64,000 nt of DNA from a virus. Shown piece by piece: positions 48,353 through 57,352 of this stretch; the stretch's first letter is position 1, and each line of letters begins with the position of its first letter. The DNA lies in IMG/VR virus record IMGVR_UViG_3300031774_000001; one strand, 5' to 3'. The notes under the pieces were generated by a model, which saw nothing but the letters and a program-made list of their open reading frames with translations, had not been told where the DNA came from and searched no databases. The position numbers and the translations under genes are program-made.

Positions 48353-48867
48353 TAATTAAACCATTTGGAGAAGAAGGCATTTCTATGTTGCAAGGTAATA
48401 GAAAAGACGTTCCTATAACAGATTATATTTGTGCATTGTTAGAAGAAGAAGGTGGTGTTACACCAGGAGATTTTATAGAAGAGGTACAAAAAGCAACTAT
48501 TCAAAATGGAAAAATGAAAAGGGTTCCTTATAATGCAAAAGTAGTTGATTTAATTAATGATATAACATATGAATATGAATCAAAAAATAGAAGTATAAAA
48601 GAAGTATGGGCAGTTTTAATGAGAGAAGGAGATTTCCATATGCTACATAATCATCAGGAAGTTGGTGGTGTATCTGGTGGTCTTTATCTAAAAATACCTG
48701 AAGTGAAACAACCACAAGGTAATATAAATTGGGTATCAGATAATAAAGTGTTTAGTTGGAGTCCAAAAGATGGAGATTATTTTGTTTGGCCTTCACATTT
48801 AATACACGGAGTTTATCCTTTTAAAGGGTCAGGAAATAGGATAATGATTTCTTGGAATAGTGTATGA
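48349..48867 (+). CDS. 2OG-Fe(II) oxygenase-like protein
   Basis: HNH, WPSHLIHGVYP, RIMISWN. Confidence 0.75.
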   Translation: MIIKPFGEEGISMLQGNRKDVPITDYICALLEEEGGVTPGDFIEEVQKATIQNGKMKRVPYNAKVVDLINDITYEYESKNRSIKEVWAVLMREGDFHMLHNHQEVGGVSGGLYLKIPEVKQPQGNINWVSDNKVFSWSPKDGDYFVWPSHLIHGVYPFKGSGNRIMISWNSV

Positions 48868-49541
48868 TAAATTTTGTATGTGTATATTATGGAACAAAGT
48901 ATTCACTAGATTATGTACAAGTGCTATACAATATGGTACAACGACATTTAACTATACCACATAAGTTTATATGTTTTTCAGACCACGTAAAACCTCAAAA
49001 GATATTAACAGGAGATATAGAGTTTAGAAAGTTTAAAGATTCACATTATGAAGGTTGGTGGAATAAAATGCAACTGTTTAGAGAAGAGTCAGACTTAAAA
49101 GGTCCTTGTTTATATATGGATTTAGATGTAGTGCTTTTAGATAACATTAATGATTTAGCGACATTTGGTGATGATATGACATTTGGTGTAATAAACGATT
49201 TTAACATATTGACAAAAGAGTATAATTCAAGTATAATGAAATTCAATAATGAAGTTGCAACAGATTTAGTATGGAAACCATTTCTACAACAAAAGACAGA
49301 ATTGATGAAATTGCAAGGTGACCAAAACGCAATGTCAAAATTAGTAAAAGGTAGTCAATACCTAAAAGTTATGCCAGACGAATGGTCATATTCCTACAAA
49401 TGGTTCAGCAGACAAGACCCTAGATTTGATAAGAGTAAATGGACGTTTGAAAAGAAAGATAAAGCTAAGGTTGCAGTATTTCACGGTAGACCTTTTCCTC
49501 ACGAATCTACACAGGAATGGGTTAAAAAAGAGTGGAATTAG
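48864..49541 (+). CDS. GT-A glycosyltransferase-like protein
   Basis: GTKY, GWWNK, YMDLDV, NSS, GDQ, FHGRP.PH. Confidence 0.8.
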   Translation: MINFVCVYYGTKYSLDYVQVLYNMVQRHLTIPHKFICFSDHVKPQKILTGDIEFRKFKDSHYEGWWNKMQLFREESDLKGPCLYMDLDVVLLDNINDLATFGDDMTFGVINDFNILTKEYNSSIMKFNNEVATDLVWKPFLQQKTELMKLQGDQNAMSKLVKGSQYLKVMPDEWSYSYKWFSRQDPRFDKSKWTFEKKDKAKVAVFHGRPFPHESTQEWVKKEWN

Positions 49542-49555
49542 AACAAAACTAGAAC
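49541..49555. promoter_or_regulatory. GAAC-N7-GAAC direct repeat (alphaproteobacterial LexA-box-like)
   Basis: GAAC AAAACTA GAAC, 40 nt upstream of a -35 box. Confidence 0.6.
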
Positions 49556-49595
49556 AAATATCTCTAAAAACCGCATAAAATAGTGTTTTATTTAC

Positions 49596-49624
49596 TTGAC
49601 TTTTGAGTAAAAAACCTGTATAGT
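49596..49624 (+). promoter_or_regulatory. sigma70-type early promoter
   Basis: TTGACT-17nt-TATAGT with A-tract upstream element. Confidence 0.75.
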
Positions 49625-49635
49625 ATACGTATACT

Positions 49636-50097
49636 ATGAAAAAAAACACTATGAACAAATCAAAAAAAGTTAAATTAAATAAAGTAGACTATACTTTCAA
49701 CGTATGTTATTTAAGAGAGTATATGGATCCCGAACACGAAGGTGATTTTTTCTACGCATACGAAACAATCTACAGAAACGTTCCATACAAATATAAAGAT
49801 AAATTCAATACAACAAAAATGAAGTTTAAAATTCTTAAACATTGTGATTGGAATTATAAAGAAAATGCTAAGAACTTTGCAAATTCAACTAGAATTGAAC
49901 TAATTGACCAAGACCAATACTATCAAACATATGAACAAGTATTTGGTGATGTTGCAGATAACGATAAACATATGTTTAATGATTACGGACAATCTTACGA
50001 TACAAGACAATCTTTCAGAAAAGATTTTAATCCTAAATTAACATATAAATTAAACCCAATAAAAGCAAAAATAGAAAAAGCGAAAGGACTACACTAA
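49636..50097 (+). CDS. hypothetical early protein
   Basis: ORF track. Confidence 0.7.
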   Translation: MKKNTMNKSKKVKLNKVDYTFNVCYLREYMDPEHEGDFFYAYETIYRNVPYKYKDKFNTTKMKFKILKHCDWNYKENAKNFANSTRIELIDQDQYYQTYEQVFGDVADNDKHMFNDYGQSYDTRQSFRKDFNPKLTYKLNPIKAKIEKAKGLH

Positions 50098-50282
50098 TGA
50101 GTAAAGTAAAACAATGGGCTACAGACGAAGCCGAAAAAGCAGTTGACAAAATATTGTCAGATGTTAAAAGTAATATAATGAGTATTGATATTGCTAGAAA
50201 TAAAATAATGCAAGTTAATAATGTTAACTTAACAGGAATTGATGAGTTTAATGTTGACGAAGTAATAGCGGAGAATATATAA
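50097..50282 (+). CDS. hypothetical early protein
   Basis: ORF track; TAATG coupling. Confidence 0.7.
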   Translation: MSKVKQWATDEAEKAVDKILSDVKSNIMSIDIARNKIMQVNNVNLTGIDEFNVDEVIAENI

Positions 50283-50749
50283 TGAGTGATTTAACAGACG
50301 TATATGTAAATAAAGACGATATCGGTAAAAACCTATATAGAAAAAAAACATACTATACATTATGCATTGAGCAAGATGTATTAGCAAAAGATAAAGATGA
50401 AGCAGATAAATTGCTTTCAGATTGCGGAATAGACCACTCAAAAATCAATAGAGAATTAACAGAAGAAAAAAACGGTGTTGAAACTTATATGACAGACGCC
50501 AATTATACAGATTCAGATACAACCAAGTATATTGCAAAAGTTGTTTATGATGACTATGACGGTTTAGAAAACGCCAAAGAAAACGGTGATGTTGAGTTAG
50601 ACACATATGCTTTAGAAGATGATACAATTGATCCAGAAACAGGAGAGTGTATGAGTAAACCACTTGATGATTTACACGAAGCATTAAATCCAAATAACAA
50701 ATATGTTTTAAAAGACGGTGAAGTAAAAATCGTGAAAGAGAATCAATAA
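50282..50749 (+). CDS. acidic hypothetical early protein
   Basis: ORF track; TAATG coupling. Confidence 0.7.
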   Translation: MSDLTDVYVNKDDIGKNLYRKKTYYTLCIEQDVLAKDKDEADKLLSDCGIDHSKINRELTEEKNGVETYMTDANYTDSDTTKYIAKVVYDDYDGLENAKENGDVELDTYALEDDTIDPETGECMSKPLDDLHEALNPNNKYVLKDGEVKIVKENQ

Positions 50750-50925
50750 TGGATAGTACACATTTAATATTTTTAGGAATTATCGGAATGCTTTTAACTG
50801 TAATTGGATTTGGTATTGCTTTCTATATTGGAAGTAAATCAAATAAAGTAGAAGTAAAATTAACAGAAGTACAAAAATCATTAAGAGATTTAAATAGAAT
50901 AAATGGAAGGGATGATACTGAATAA
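50749..50925 (+). CDS. 58-aa single-TM protein (not in ORF track)
   Basis: MDSTHLIFLGIIGMLL...; coupled at both ends. Confidence 0.6.
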   Translation: MDSTHLIFLGIIGMLLTVIGFGIAFYIGSKSNKVEVKLTEVQKSLRDLNRINGRDDTE

Positions 50926-51191
50926 TGAAATACAACGAAGATAAAATATTAAAAGAAGTTTTAGACTATGTAAAAGGTACATATTCAAAACACTATTCTA
51001 CTACTAAAGAAGGATTCCAAGTACAAGATTTATTAAGACATTTAAAGATAGATAAAGATTTCAGTTTATCAAATGCAATTAAATACCTTTGTAGATACGG
51101 TAAAAAAGAAGGTAAAAATAAATTAGATTTATATAAAGCAATACACTATATTGTATTGTTAATTAATAGTGAAGAAAACAATGGCAAATAA
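50925..51191 (+). CDS. DUF3310-like protein
   Basis: TYSKHY, NAIKYLCRYGKKEG, DLYKAIHY. Confidence 0.8.
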   Translation: MKYNEDKILKEVLDYVKGTYSKHYSTTKEGFQVQDLLRHLKIDKDFSLSNAIKYLCRYGKKEGKNKLDLYKAIHYIVLLINSEENNGK

Positions 51192-51447
51192 AACAATATA
51201 CGTAGAACTAAAAAAGAAAACTGTACAATCAGCATATAATCAAGTAAAAATGTTGAGTGATTTAGATTTTCCTAATTTTCAAAAAGGAGAACCTTTACAC
51301 AATTTAGTTATGGAAATTAAAAGAGATATAAAAAAACAAATGAAACAACCACCTGCTTGGAAAGAATTTTTAGAATTCTGGCCTTTGAGTATAGTTATTC
51401 CAGGTATGTTAATATTAATATTAATGGCAAATGTATTTCAATGGTAA
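51181..51447 (+). CDS. hypothetical protein with C-terminal TM helix
   Basis: ORF track. Confidence 0.65.
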   Translation: MANKTIYVELKKKTVQSAYNQVKMLSDLDFPNFQKGEPLHNLVMEIKRDIKKQMKQPPAWKEFLEFWPLSIVIPGMLILILMANVFQW

Positions 51448-51815
51448 GTAATAAAATAATATACAACAATATGAATTTCTATTATGACGTATATAATTTA
51501 GATGTATCTATTTACGGTAAAGAGTGGAAACCAGTTGAGTATTTAAGTGATTCAGAAAGAAGAGAGAAAGTAAAACAACATATATTAAAAAAAGACTTAA
51601 CACAAAGAATAGGAGGAAAAAAGTATATGGCATTATTAACAGAAAATCAAACAATCAACGGATTTGATAATACAGCAGATGTATTAATCTCTATTAAAGA
51701 GAACGTTGAGAATAATAATAAAGAAACAGCGATTGATATGCTAAATCAATTAATTGATAATGAGAAGACAGAATCAGATATTGATGTTGCATTAAATCTA
51801 CAAAATGATGAATAA
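51441..51815 (+). CDS. hypothetical protein with a possible in-frame second start at 51627
   Basis: Internal AGGAGG RBS before ATG 51627. Confidence 0.6.
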   Translation: MVSNKIIYNNMNFYYDVYNLDVSIYGKEWKPVEYLSDSERREKVKQHILKKDLTQRIGGKKYMALLTENQTINGFDNTADVLISIKENVENNNKETAIDMLNQLIDNEKTESDIDVALNLQNDE

Positions 51816-51919
51816 TCCCGCTATAGCAGACTATCAAAGCAGTTGGAAAAGCTCGCCAGCGACCCTGCTAGGGGCTTGGAAATGCAAAAAAGTGAGTAAA
51901 ATAGGGGTTATTTTAAGGA

Positions 51920-51948
51920 TTGACATTTCCAGAGTTTTATGTTAGTAT
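51920..51948 (+). promoter_or_regulatory. sigma70-type early promoter
   Basis: TTGACA-17nt-TAGTAT. Confidence 0.6.
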
Positions 51949-51976
51949 TAATACAATTGAGAAAGGAACATACATT

Positions 51977-52351
51977 ATGAGTAGTGTAATATACAATAAA
52001 GAGAACATCTATAAAGAGTTTGATGTAGCAAAACAAAAAGACATTGAACTATCAGATAAAAAAACACCAGAAGAAAAAGAGAACGATATCCATACAAACA
52101 GGTTACAGTTTTGTAAAGACCATAAAGAACTAAATGAGAAAGACCCAGGTTTATACGATTGTGATATTAAGTGGGACAGTTTAATAACTGCTTATTCTTC
52201 ACCAAATCCTAGAGACCATTTCTATAAAAGTGTGTTCGGTAGAACTTATGCAGAACAAATGGCCTTTGAAACTTCTGAATCAGAATCAGATGACGGAGGA
52301 GAAGATTCGTATTATAGAAGTAGAAGAAAGAACAGAAACTACAAAAGATAA
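51977..52351 (+). CDS. hypothetical protein
   Basis: AAGGA RBS; ORF track. Confidence 0.7.
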   Translation: MSSVIYNKENIYKEFDVAKQKDIELSDKKTPEEKENDIHTNRLQFCKDHKELNEKDPGLYDCDIKWDSLITAYSSPNPRDHFYKSVFGRTYAEQMAFETSESESDDGGEDSYYRSRRKNRNYKR

Positions 52352-52352
52352 T

Positions 52353-52598
52353 ATGTCAAAACCTAAATTTAAAGAAATTTTTGACCCACAACAAACCGTT
52401 TGTGATGACTTTCACGAATGGGTGAGATTAGAAACTGAAAAAGTTTCTGATCCCATTATGGTACATATGACAATATTGGGTCAAACATTAAAAATTATGA
52501 AGTCAGTAATGCCTAGTGCAGATTATGATGGAATAATGGAAACGGTTTATCAATCAAAAGATAGAATTGAACCGTTTAAGAAAGTAACTACACATTAA
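52353..52598 (+). CDS. hypothetical protein
   Basis: ORF track. Confidence 0.65.
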   Translation: MSKPKFKEIFDPQQTVCDDFHEWVRLETEKVSDPIMVHMTILGQTLKIMKSVMPSADYDGIMETVYQSKDRIEPFKKVTTH

Positions 52599-52619
52599 TA
52601 TGAGAGGAGTGATTTAATT

Positions 52620-52850
52620 ATGAAAAAACTATTAATGATTGCTACAGTATTATTTACTACAAATGCTATAGCAGAAGATAAGAAGATAACACCACAAGAG
52701 TTTGGTACAGCACTTGCTGAAACGCCAGCTAAACTTGTTAATTTTATTAGTGGTGAAGTTGATAAAACAAAAGAGTATCAAAAGAAAACTTGGTCAGAAG
52801 CAAAAACAAAGTGGCCTTGGAAACATTTATTTAAAACGGATAGTGAATAA
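52620..52850 (+). CDS. small secreted protein
   Basis: Signal peptide MKKLLMIATVLFTTNAIA. Confidence 0.7.
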   Translation: MKKLLMIATVLFTTNAIAEDKKITPQEFGTALAETPAKLVNFISGEVDKTKEYQKKTWSEAKTKWPWKHLFKTDSE

Positions 52851-53056
52851 TGATTGGTGATTTTGTTTGTACTAGTGCTAATGATGGCACACATTTATTC
52901 AGACCTGTTTCTGCTAGAGCACAAACACTTTGGCAGGAAAAAGGTTTTAATAATTATGTAATTGATAATAATGAAGATTATTACATTGTAAAGAGTGTTA
53001 ATAGTCAGAAAATATGTGATGAAATACGCAAGAATAATATGGATTTTACTAGTTAG
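52850..53056 (+). CDS. hypothetical protein
   Basis: ORF track. Confidence 0.65.
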   Translation: MIGDFVCTSANDGTHLFRPVSARAQTLWQEKGFNNYVIDNNEDYYIVKSVNSQKICDEIRKNNMDFTS

Positions 53057-53507
53057 TTTAACACTAACTAATTGTGCTAACAGGTCTCATACAGGTGCCG
53101 TGTTAGGTGCAGGTACAGGAACAACTGTATGTTTAGAATACATATCAGATAATCCTTACTTAATTGCTACGTGTGCTGTAGGGGCTGCTTTTGCAGGTGC
53201 AGAAATTTTATACAATAGTGATAAAGATGTACATAACGCTGTATTCGTAGACCATTTAAATACAAGTGGATACGGTTCAAGTTATACTAATTGGTATAAT
53301 AAACAAACAGGTAATAATGGAATTATACACATAACAAGGTCTTATATGGTTGGACCTCTTAAATGTAAAGATTATGACCATACAGTAGATATAACAAGTC
53401 AATGGCCTTTAATTGGTGTTGGTAATGTTAATAGAAAAGTTGTATTTGGAACTGCTTGTCAGTTGCCAGACGGAAGATGGATTGAAAAACCTGAAGGAGT
53501 GAATTAA
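53019..53507 (+). CDS. 17-kDa surface-antigen-like glycine-zipper lipoprotein
   Basis: Lipobox LTNC, GAVLGAG, W.N..TGN.G, GTACQLPDGRW. Confidence 0.8.
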   Translation: MKYARIIWILLVSLTLTNCANRSHTGAVLGAGTGTTVCLEYISDNPYLIATCAVGAAFAGAEILYNSDKDVHNAVFVDHLNTSGYGSSYTNWYNKQTGNNGIIHITRSYMVGPLKCKDYDHTVDITSQWPLIGVGNVNRKVVFGTACQLPDGRWIEKPEGVN

Positions 53508-53508
53508 T

Positions 53509-54009
53509 ATGGATCCCAAAAATTATAAAATTTATATGTATGCAACGTTAATTATGATAACAGTATTGTTATGTATGGAAATGGCTTGGGGTTGTGTAGA
53601 TTGTGATTTAAATAAGAAAGCTTTTGATAAAAAGGCTGAAGTAATGGAGATAGAGTGGCATAATCCAGATGGAACTATTCAACGTAGTACTAAAGTTGTA
53701 GATGGTTCTGAAAAAATATTATATGATAATGTAAAACCAGTAACTAAAAATGATACTGAACAATTTTGTTATGTTAAAGTTATTATTAAACAAGAAGCAA
53801 ATGGAAACATTTCTAAAGAAGAGAAATTATATTGTTCCGATGGAAGAAGTGGTGTAGATACACCTTCTTATTGGGAACTTTTTGCCCAGTTTTACTACCG
53901 TGATGTCTATACTCCAGAGTATTGCAGATATTATAGTCGTAAAAGTCACGCTTTTAAATCGTACGGAAAAGTGTGTTTAAATGAGTACGGAGAATGGAAG
54001 GTAAAATAA
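53509..54009 (+). CDS. secreted Cys-rich protein
   Basis: N-terminal TM/signal; C-terminal G.VC....GEW like the upstream lipoprotein. Confidence 0.65.
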   Translation: MDPKNYKIYMYATLIMITVLLCMEMAWGCVDCDLNKKAFDKKAEVMEIEWHNPDGTIQRSTKVVDGSEKILYDNVKPVTKNDTEQFCYVKVIIKQEANGNISKEEKLYCSDGRSGVDTPSYWELFAQFYYRDVYTPEYCRYYSRKSHAFKSYGKVCLNEYGEWKVK

Positions 54010-54152
54010 TGATTAAAAATATAATCATACTTACTCTCCTATTGGTTATTGTATATGGAGTTACTGCTGAACAGTTTTTGGGCTATGCTCAATCCAGCGT
54101 TGACTTATTACAAGAACTGTTATATAATGTACAAAGGAGTGTGAAAAACTAA
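54009..54152 (+). CDS. 47-aa membrane or secreted peptide
   Basis: MIKNIIILTLLLVIVYG...; coupled at both ends. Confidence 0.55.
   Translation: MIKNIIILTLLLVIVYGVTAEQFLGYAQSSVDLLQELLYNVQRSVKN
54100..54128 (+). promoter_or_regulatory. sigma70-type promoter
   Basis: TTGACT-17nt-TATAAT. Confidence 0.7.
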
Positions 54153-54775
54153 TGAACAAATACATTAAGATTTTATCAGTTGCTGTCTTTGGTCTGTTAT
54201 TGACTAATTGTGCAGGAAATTATAAAATCAAAAGTGAAAAAGGTAAAGTAGTTAATACTGTTCCAAAATGGTATATGGCTGATTTTTCTGAAACTAAAGC
54301 TTGTGATATAGCAAGATTTGGTAAAGGTAAAGAAAAGCAATGTATATTTGGAGTTGGTACTAGCGTTTCACCAGACTTGAATCTCGCAATTGAGAAAGCT
54401 AAAATGATAGCGAAAGCTGAATTAGCAGACATTATCAAAGGGGAGATGAATAAAGAGTCGAAACAATTTATTACTGAAATTGGTAAACATAACAGTAAGA
54501 ACGTTGTTAGTGAAGTAGAATCTGTATTGGTCAATATTATTAAAGATACACCAGTTAGAGGATATGAAATATTTGAGCAAGATGTAACCCTTACAAAAAA
54601 TGGTTATTATAGAGCTTGGATAGGCTTAAGATTGCCATTAGGTGAATATAATAAAATGTTCAACTATACAATTGCTGAAGCTACAGACGCTTATAACTTA
54701 AAGTATCACGCTAATAAGTCATTTGAGAAACTTATGAAAAAAGAAGAGGTTTCAGATGGACAAGTTAGTAATTAA
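54152..54775 (+). CDS. LPP20-like lipoprotein
   Basis: Lipobox LTNC, VPKWY, GVG...S.DL.LA.EKA...AKAELA. Confidence 0.75.
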   Translation: MNKYIKILSVAVFGLLLTNCAGNYKIKSEKGKVVNTVPKWYMADFSETKACDIARFGKGKEKQCIFGVGTSVSPDLNLAIEKAKMIAKAELADIIKGEMNKESKQFITEIGKHNSKNVVSEVESVLVNIIKDTPVRGYEIFEQDVTLTKNGYYRAWIGLRLPLGEYNKMFNYTIAEATDAYNLKYHANKSFEKLMKKEEVSDGQVSN

Positions 54776-55046
54776 AGATATCACAGTATATACGAAACAA
54801 AATTGTGTATACTGTGTAAAGGCAAAGGCCTTGCTAAAAGGCCTTGGTCTAACTTATACGGAAAAAAGTTTAGAAACAGATTTTAATAATGATCCTACAA
54901 AGTTAATTGAAGACATTGGTAAAAAAGTAAGAGCAATGCCTCAAATTAAAATAGAAGGTGAACTAGTCGGCGGATATAATCAACTAATAGAATATTTTAA
55001 CAATAAAGGTTTAGTAAATTTTAAAGGTGAGATTACACGTGACTAA
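54756..55046 (+). CDS. nrdC: glutaredoxin
   Basis: CVYC, MPQI, VGGY. Confidence 0.9.
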   Translation: MDKLVIKDITVYTKQNCVYCVKAKALLKGLGLTYTEKSLETDFNNDPTKLIEDIGKKVRAMPQIKIEGELVGGYNQLIEYFNNKGLVNFKGEITRD

Positions 55047-55536
55047 TGATAAAGATAAAAAAGGAAAGATAATTATATTTCCTGAAAACAGAATTAAAAA
55101 GAAGATAACTCATCCACAGGAATCTCCATTTACAAAACGATTAAAAGAACAACAAACTAGAGAATTTGTTGAAGGTAGTGTAGATGAAATTGGATTTGAA
55201 TTATTAAGAAAATTTAGTGATATGGGATTAAGAACTAATAAAGAAACATTTACAAAAGACCTTGCGTTAGTTATTGATTGTATAAGAGGTTTAATCTATA
55301 GAGATTTTAATATGGCACACGCAGCTCAATTAATGGCAAATAAAATGGTATCAATCAAATTTAATAGAGGTGGTAAGGCAAGTGCCGCTAGAATAGACTA
55401 TAATGATTTTATGAAGAAACCAAAAAGACCAAATGTTTTTAATAAAGAATTTAAAGAAGAGTTAAACGATTTACAAGATGGATCAGATATGTTTGAATCT
55501 GATATGGATTTAAATGGAGATGATGATAAAAAATAG
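55027..55536 (+). CDS. hypothetical protein
   Basis: KIIIFP motif; ORF track. Confidence 0.7.
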   Translation: MRLHVTNDKDKKGKIIIFPENRIKKKITHPQESPFTKRLKEQQTREFVEGSVDEIGFELLRKFSDMGLRTNKETFTKDLALVIDCIRGLIYRDFNMAHAAQLMANKMVSIKFNRGGKASAARIDYNDFMKKPKRPNVFNKEFKEELNDLQDGSDMFESDMDLNGDDDKK

Positions 55537-55672
55537 TTTAATGATATTAGTAATGCTTACTTTTGTAGGTTGTGCAAAAGAAAAACCTACACTCAATTCA
55601 ATGGAGAAATTTTTTGATTGTTTAGGGGATAGTAGTAAGTGTGAGAAATTGAAGAATTCCGTGGAGGAATAG
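55520..55672 (+). CDS. 50-aa lipoprotein (not in ORF track)
   Basis: Lipobox FVGC; two further Cys. Confidence 0.55.
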   Translation: MMIKNSLMILVMLTFVGCAKEKPTLNSMEKFFDCLGDSSKCEKLKNSVEE

Positions 55673-55718
55673 TCCTATGCAGACTTTAAAAAGCAAAAAT
55701 AAAGGAGGAAGAAACATT

Positions 55719-56012
55719 ATGTTTTTTTCAAAAAGTAAAGTTGCAACAGCAACTAAAGGCAGAAAAAGACTGTCTAAAACTCAAAAAGTAATAAACTTAT
55801 TTGAGAAAGGTGAACCAGTTTCTTGGAAAGTTTTAAGAAACAGATACGACCTTATATCACCAAGAGCGATGGTTGACAAACTACGTTCAAAAGGTCATAT
55901 GATTTATATTAATAAATCATCTTCAGGTACATCTTATAGATTGGGTACTCCTACAAAAGCTATTATAGCTGCTGGGATAACTAAACTATACGGTACTGAC
56001 TACGCATACTAA
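55719..56012 (+). CDS. winged-HTH DNA-binding protein
   Basis: SKTQKVINL...PRAMVDKLRSKGHMIY.N...YRLGTP; GGAGG RBS. Confidence 0.75.
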   Translation: MFFSKSKVATATKGRKRLSKTQKVINLFEKGEPVSWKVLRNRYDLISPRAMVDKLRSKGHMIYINKSSSGTSYRLGTPTKAIIAAGITKLYGTDYAY

Positions 56013-56024
56013 TGCGTTAATTGA

Positions 56025-56081
56025 ATCGTAACCAATACGATTGACACAGGCGACCATATATGTATAAAATTCGCCTGTGTC
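56025..56081. other. two adjacent inverted repeats
   Basis: AATCGTA-ACCAA-TACGATT, then GACACAGGCGA-17nt-TCGCCTGTGTC. Confidence 0.7.
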
Positions 56082-56096
56082 TTAATAAAAGGAATT

Positions 56097-56432
56097 ATGA
56101 AAGAAGAAAAATTTATAAAATTAAACGATAAAATAAAAGCATTAAATTCAACAAGAGTATTTAAAAAGATTACACCTAAAGGTGATTTATCTTGGTATAT
56201 AAAATGGGTAGCAAGTTTAATGTTAATGATTGCAGTTTGCTTTAGAGCAGCTGACTTTAATCATATGTTTGATTTGTATTTTAGTTTTATGGGAACAACT
56301 GGTTGGTTAGTAGTAGGATTTTTATGGCACGATAGAGCATTAATATTCTTAAATGCTGTATTATCAACAGTATTATTAATAGGTATATTAAAAGAATTAA
56401 CAACTTGTTCCACTTGTATGATACCATTATAA
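56097..56432 (+). CDS. three-TM membrane protein
   Basis: LSWYIKW, GWLVVGFLWHDRAL. Confidence 0.7.
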   Translation: MKEEKFIKLNDKIKALNSTRVFKKITPKGDLSWYIKWVASLMLMIAVCFRAADFNHMFDLYFSFMGTTGWLVVGFLWHDRALIFLNAVLSTVLLIGILKELTTCSTCMIPL

Positions 56433-56433
56433 T

Positions 56434-57318
56434 ATGAAAACAACTGATTTAACTCCAGTAGAAATTCACAATAAAATATATTATAAAAGGGATGATTATT
56501 ATGCTCCCTATGGTAGAGATAATGTTAATGGTGGTAAGACAAGACAGGCAATTTGTTTGTTTGAAGAAGTAAAAGATGATATTGTAAAAAACCACAATGG
56601 TGGTGTAATAACAGGTTCATCTGTACATAGTCCACAAGCACCAATTATAGCTGCCGTTGCTCAAGACTTTGGTTTTAAATGTATTATAGGTGTAGGTGGT
56701 ACAAAACCTAATACAATAGATAATCACCATATGATAAGATTATCAAGACACTATGGTGCTGATATTGAAAACGTTGCAGGTCACGGTATGACTTCAGCGA
56801 TAGACGCTAATATTAAAAGAAAATTAATATCTAAAAATGGTTATATGTTAATCAAGTTTGGTAATAGTGCTGCTACGAATCCAGAATCAATATTTGATAG
56901 TGTTGCTAATCAAGTTAAAAACATACCTGATAAGTTAGACAATATAGTAATTGCAGTAGGTAGTGGTATACAGTTTGCAGGTATAGTAAAAGGTATAGAG
57001 AAGTTTAAGAAAAAGGTAAAAAGAATTATAGGGGTCACCTTTGTTGACCGTAGTAAAAAGATTAATGAGTATTTAAATCAATTTAGTAATCTTGAATCAG
57101 GATTTAAGAAGTATCAAGATTATGAAATGTACAAAACAACTTTACCATACGCAAAACCAGTATGGGAAGATGTGGGTAATGGCTTTATTGACGATATATA
57201 CGAAGGTAAAGCACATAAATGGATGAGAGAGAATATAGATACTACAAAAGAAAAGACGCTATTTTGGAGTATAGGGAGAAGATTAACAGCGGAACAGGTA
57301 GATAAGTTATATAAATAG
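56434..57318 (+). CDS. fold-type II PLP enzyme (ACC deaminase / D-Cys desulfhydrase-like)
   Basis: TP...YKRDD...GGKTRQ, SPQ, VGSG, D.IYEGK, TLFW. Confidence 0.8.
   Translation: MKTTDLTPVEIHNKIYYKRDDYYAPYGRDNVNGGKTRQAICLFEEVKDDIVKNHNGGVITGSSVHSPQAPIIAAVAQDFGFKCIIGVGGTKPNTIDNHHMIRLSRHYGADIENVAGHGMTSAIDANIKRKLISKNGYMLIKFGNSAATNPESIFDSVANQVKNIPDKLDNIVIAVGSGIQFAGIVKGIEKFKKKVKRIIGVTFVDRSKKINEYLNQFSNLESGFKKYQDYEMYKTTLPYAKPVWEDVGNGFIDDIYEGKAHKWMRENIDTTKEKTLFWSIGRRLTAEQVDKLYK
57310..57317 (+). promoter_or_regulatory. T4-type late promoter
   Basis: TATAAATA. Confidence 0.7.
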
Positions 57319-57352
57319 ATATAATGATTAATATTAAAAATTGGAGTATAAA

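Noticed and set aside
55640-55718. Possible riboswitch upstream of the wHTH gene
   Set aside because: Part of it is the coding end of a small lipoprotein, and I could not fit a known aptamer
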